NCBI GenBank assembly: GCA_002104905.1
Contig: MCFE01000673.1
Span: forward strand, 1-47,368
DNA: 47,368 nucleotides
Source: Basidiobolus meristosporus CBS 931.73
Lineage: Eukaryota; Fungi; Basidiobolomycota
Reading direction: 5' to 3'
Notes under the pieces: generated by a model
Databases searched by the model: none
Seen by the model: the letters and a program-made list of their open reading frames with translations, nothing else
Told to the model about the DNA's origin: nothing
Part shown: piece after piece, positions 47,201-47,368 of the stretch
Layout: each line of letters begins with the position of its first letter
Position numbering within the stretch: the first letter of the stretch is position 1
Translations under genes and position numbers: made by a program

Positions 47201-47368
47201 GGCAGCATCTTTGTAGTTAAGAATTTTTGTCTCAGATACATATTCTTGGCAGCTGAACATGACTGGTAGGTGACTTCTAATGCTTTCCAGGCATTCTTGG
47301 CCGTTTTTGCTCTTAAGCATTGAATTAGCAATTTGTCCTTGACATTAAGGCAAATGCAGTTAAAGGCA
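44217..47368 (-). mobile_element. Ty1/copia copy 2 (gag to RT; 5' end outside the window, 3' end deleted)
   Basis: gag-PR ORF 46138-47331; IN 45440-46108 (SDNGGEY, QQNGVAE); RT 44217-45128 (GCRWVFKTK, KARLVAKGY, QMDVKTAFL, YVDDL); 1-bp deletion in a T6 run near 46141. Confidence 0.96.

Noticed and set aside
1-47368. Neurospora-type CpA-directed RIP
   Set aside because: The changes I could polarise are mainly at CpG, and CpA/TpG remain abundant; a formal context count is still needed.
1-47368. Host genes, tRNA/rRNA genes, CRISPR arrays, prokaryotic systems
   Set aside because: None supportable. All long frames map to TE proteins, and the repeats are LTRs or TE paralogues rather than repeat-spacer arrays.

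Overview
This 47.4-kb window is eukaryotic repeat DNA made almost entirely of nested, decayed transposable elements; I recognise no host gene or RNA gene. The element lineages and pervasive CpG>TpG/CpA decay resemble a TE-rich, CpG-methylating fungus (inference). Families found: (1) a Ty1/copia family, with one copy at 1-12474 split by nested insertions, a second at 44217-47368, and fragments; (2) a ~1.07-kb LTR family ('LTR-A', six copies plus a 720-bp relative) that may belong to a Ylt1-like Ty3/gypsy pol; (3) a young, full-length Ty3/gypsy element ('Gypsy-G', 4452-11224) with 387-bp LTRs, a 5-bp TSD, a tRNA-His-type PBS and a third ORF of ~390 codons after integrase; (4) a second gypsy family ('Gypsy-B', two copies plus solo/partial LTRs); (5) two copies of a CACTA/CMC-type DNA transposon with a divergently oriented ~680-codon accessory ORF; (6) two copies of a PIF/Harbinger-like transposase with a divergent partner ORF. 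The most striking signal is that LTR-A insertions make 4-bp TSDs centred on a CpG (GCGC twice at one site, CCGG, and reconstructed CCGT, GCGT, CCGG) in DNA where CpG is otherwise scarce. This suggests an integrase that targets (methyl-)CpG. Boundaries were read by eye; TSD-defined ends are exact, while the ends of decayed fragments are approximate.
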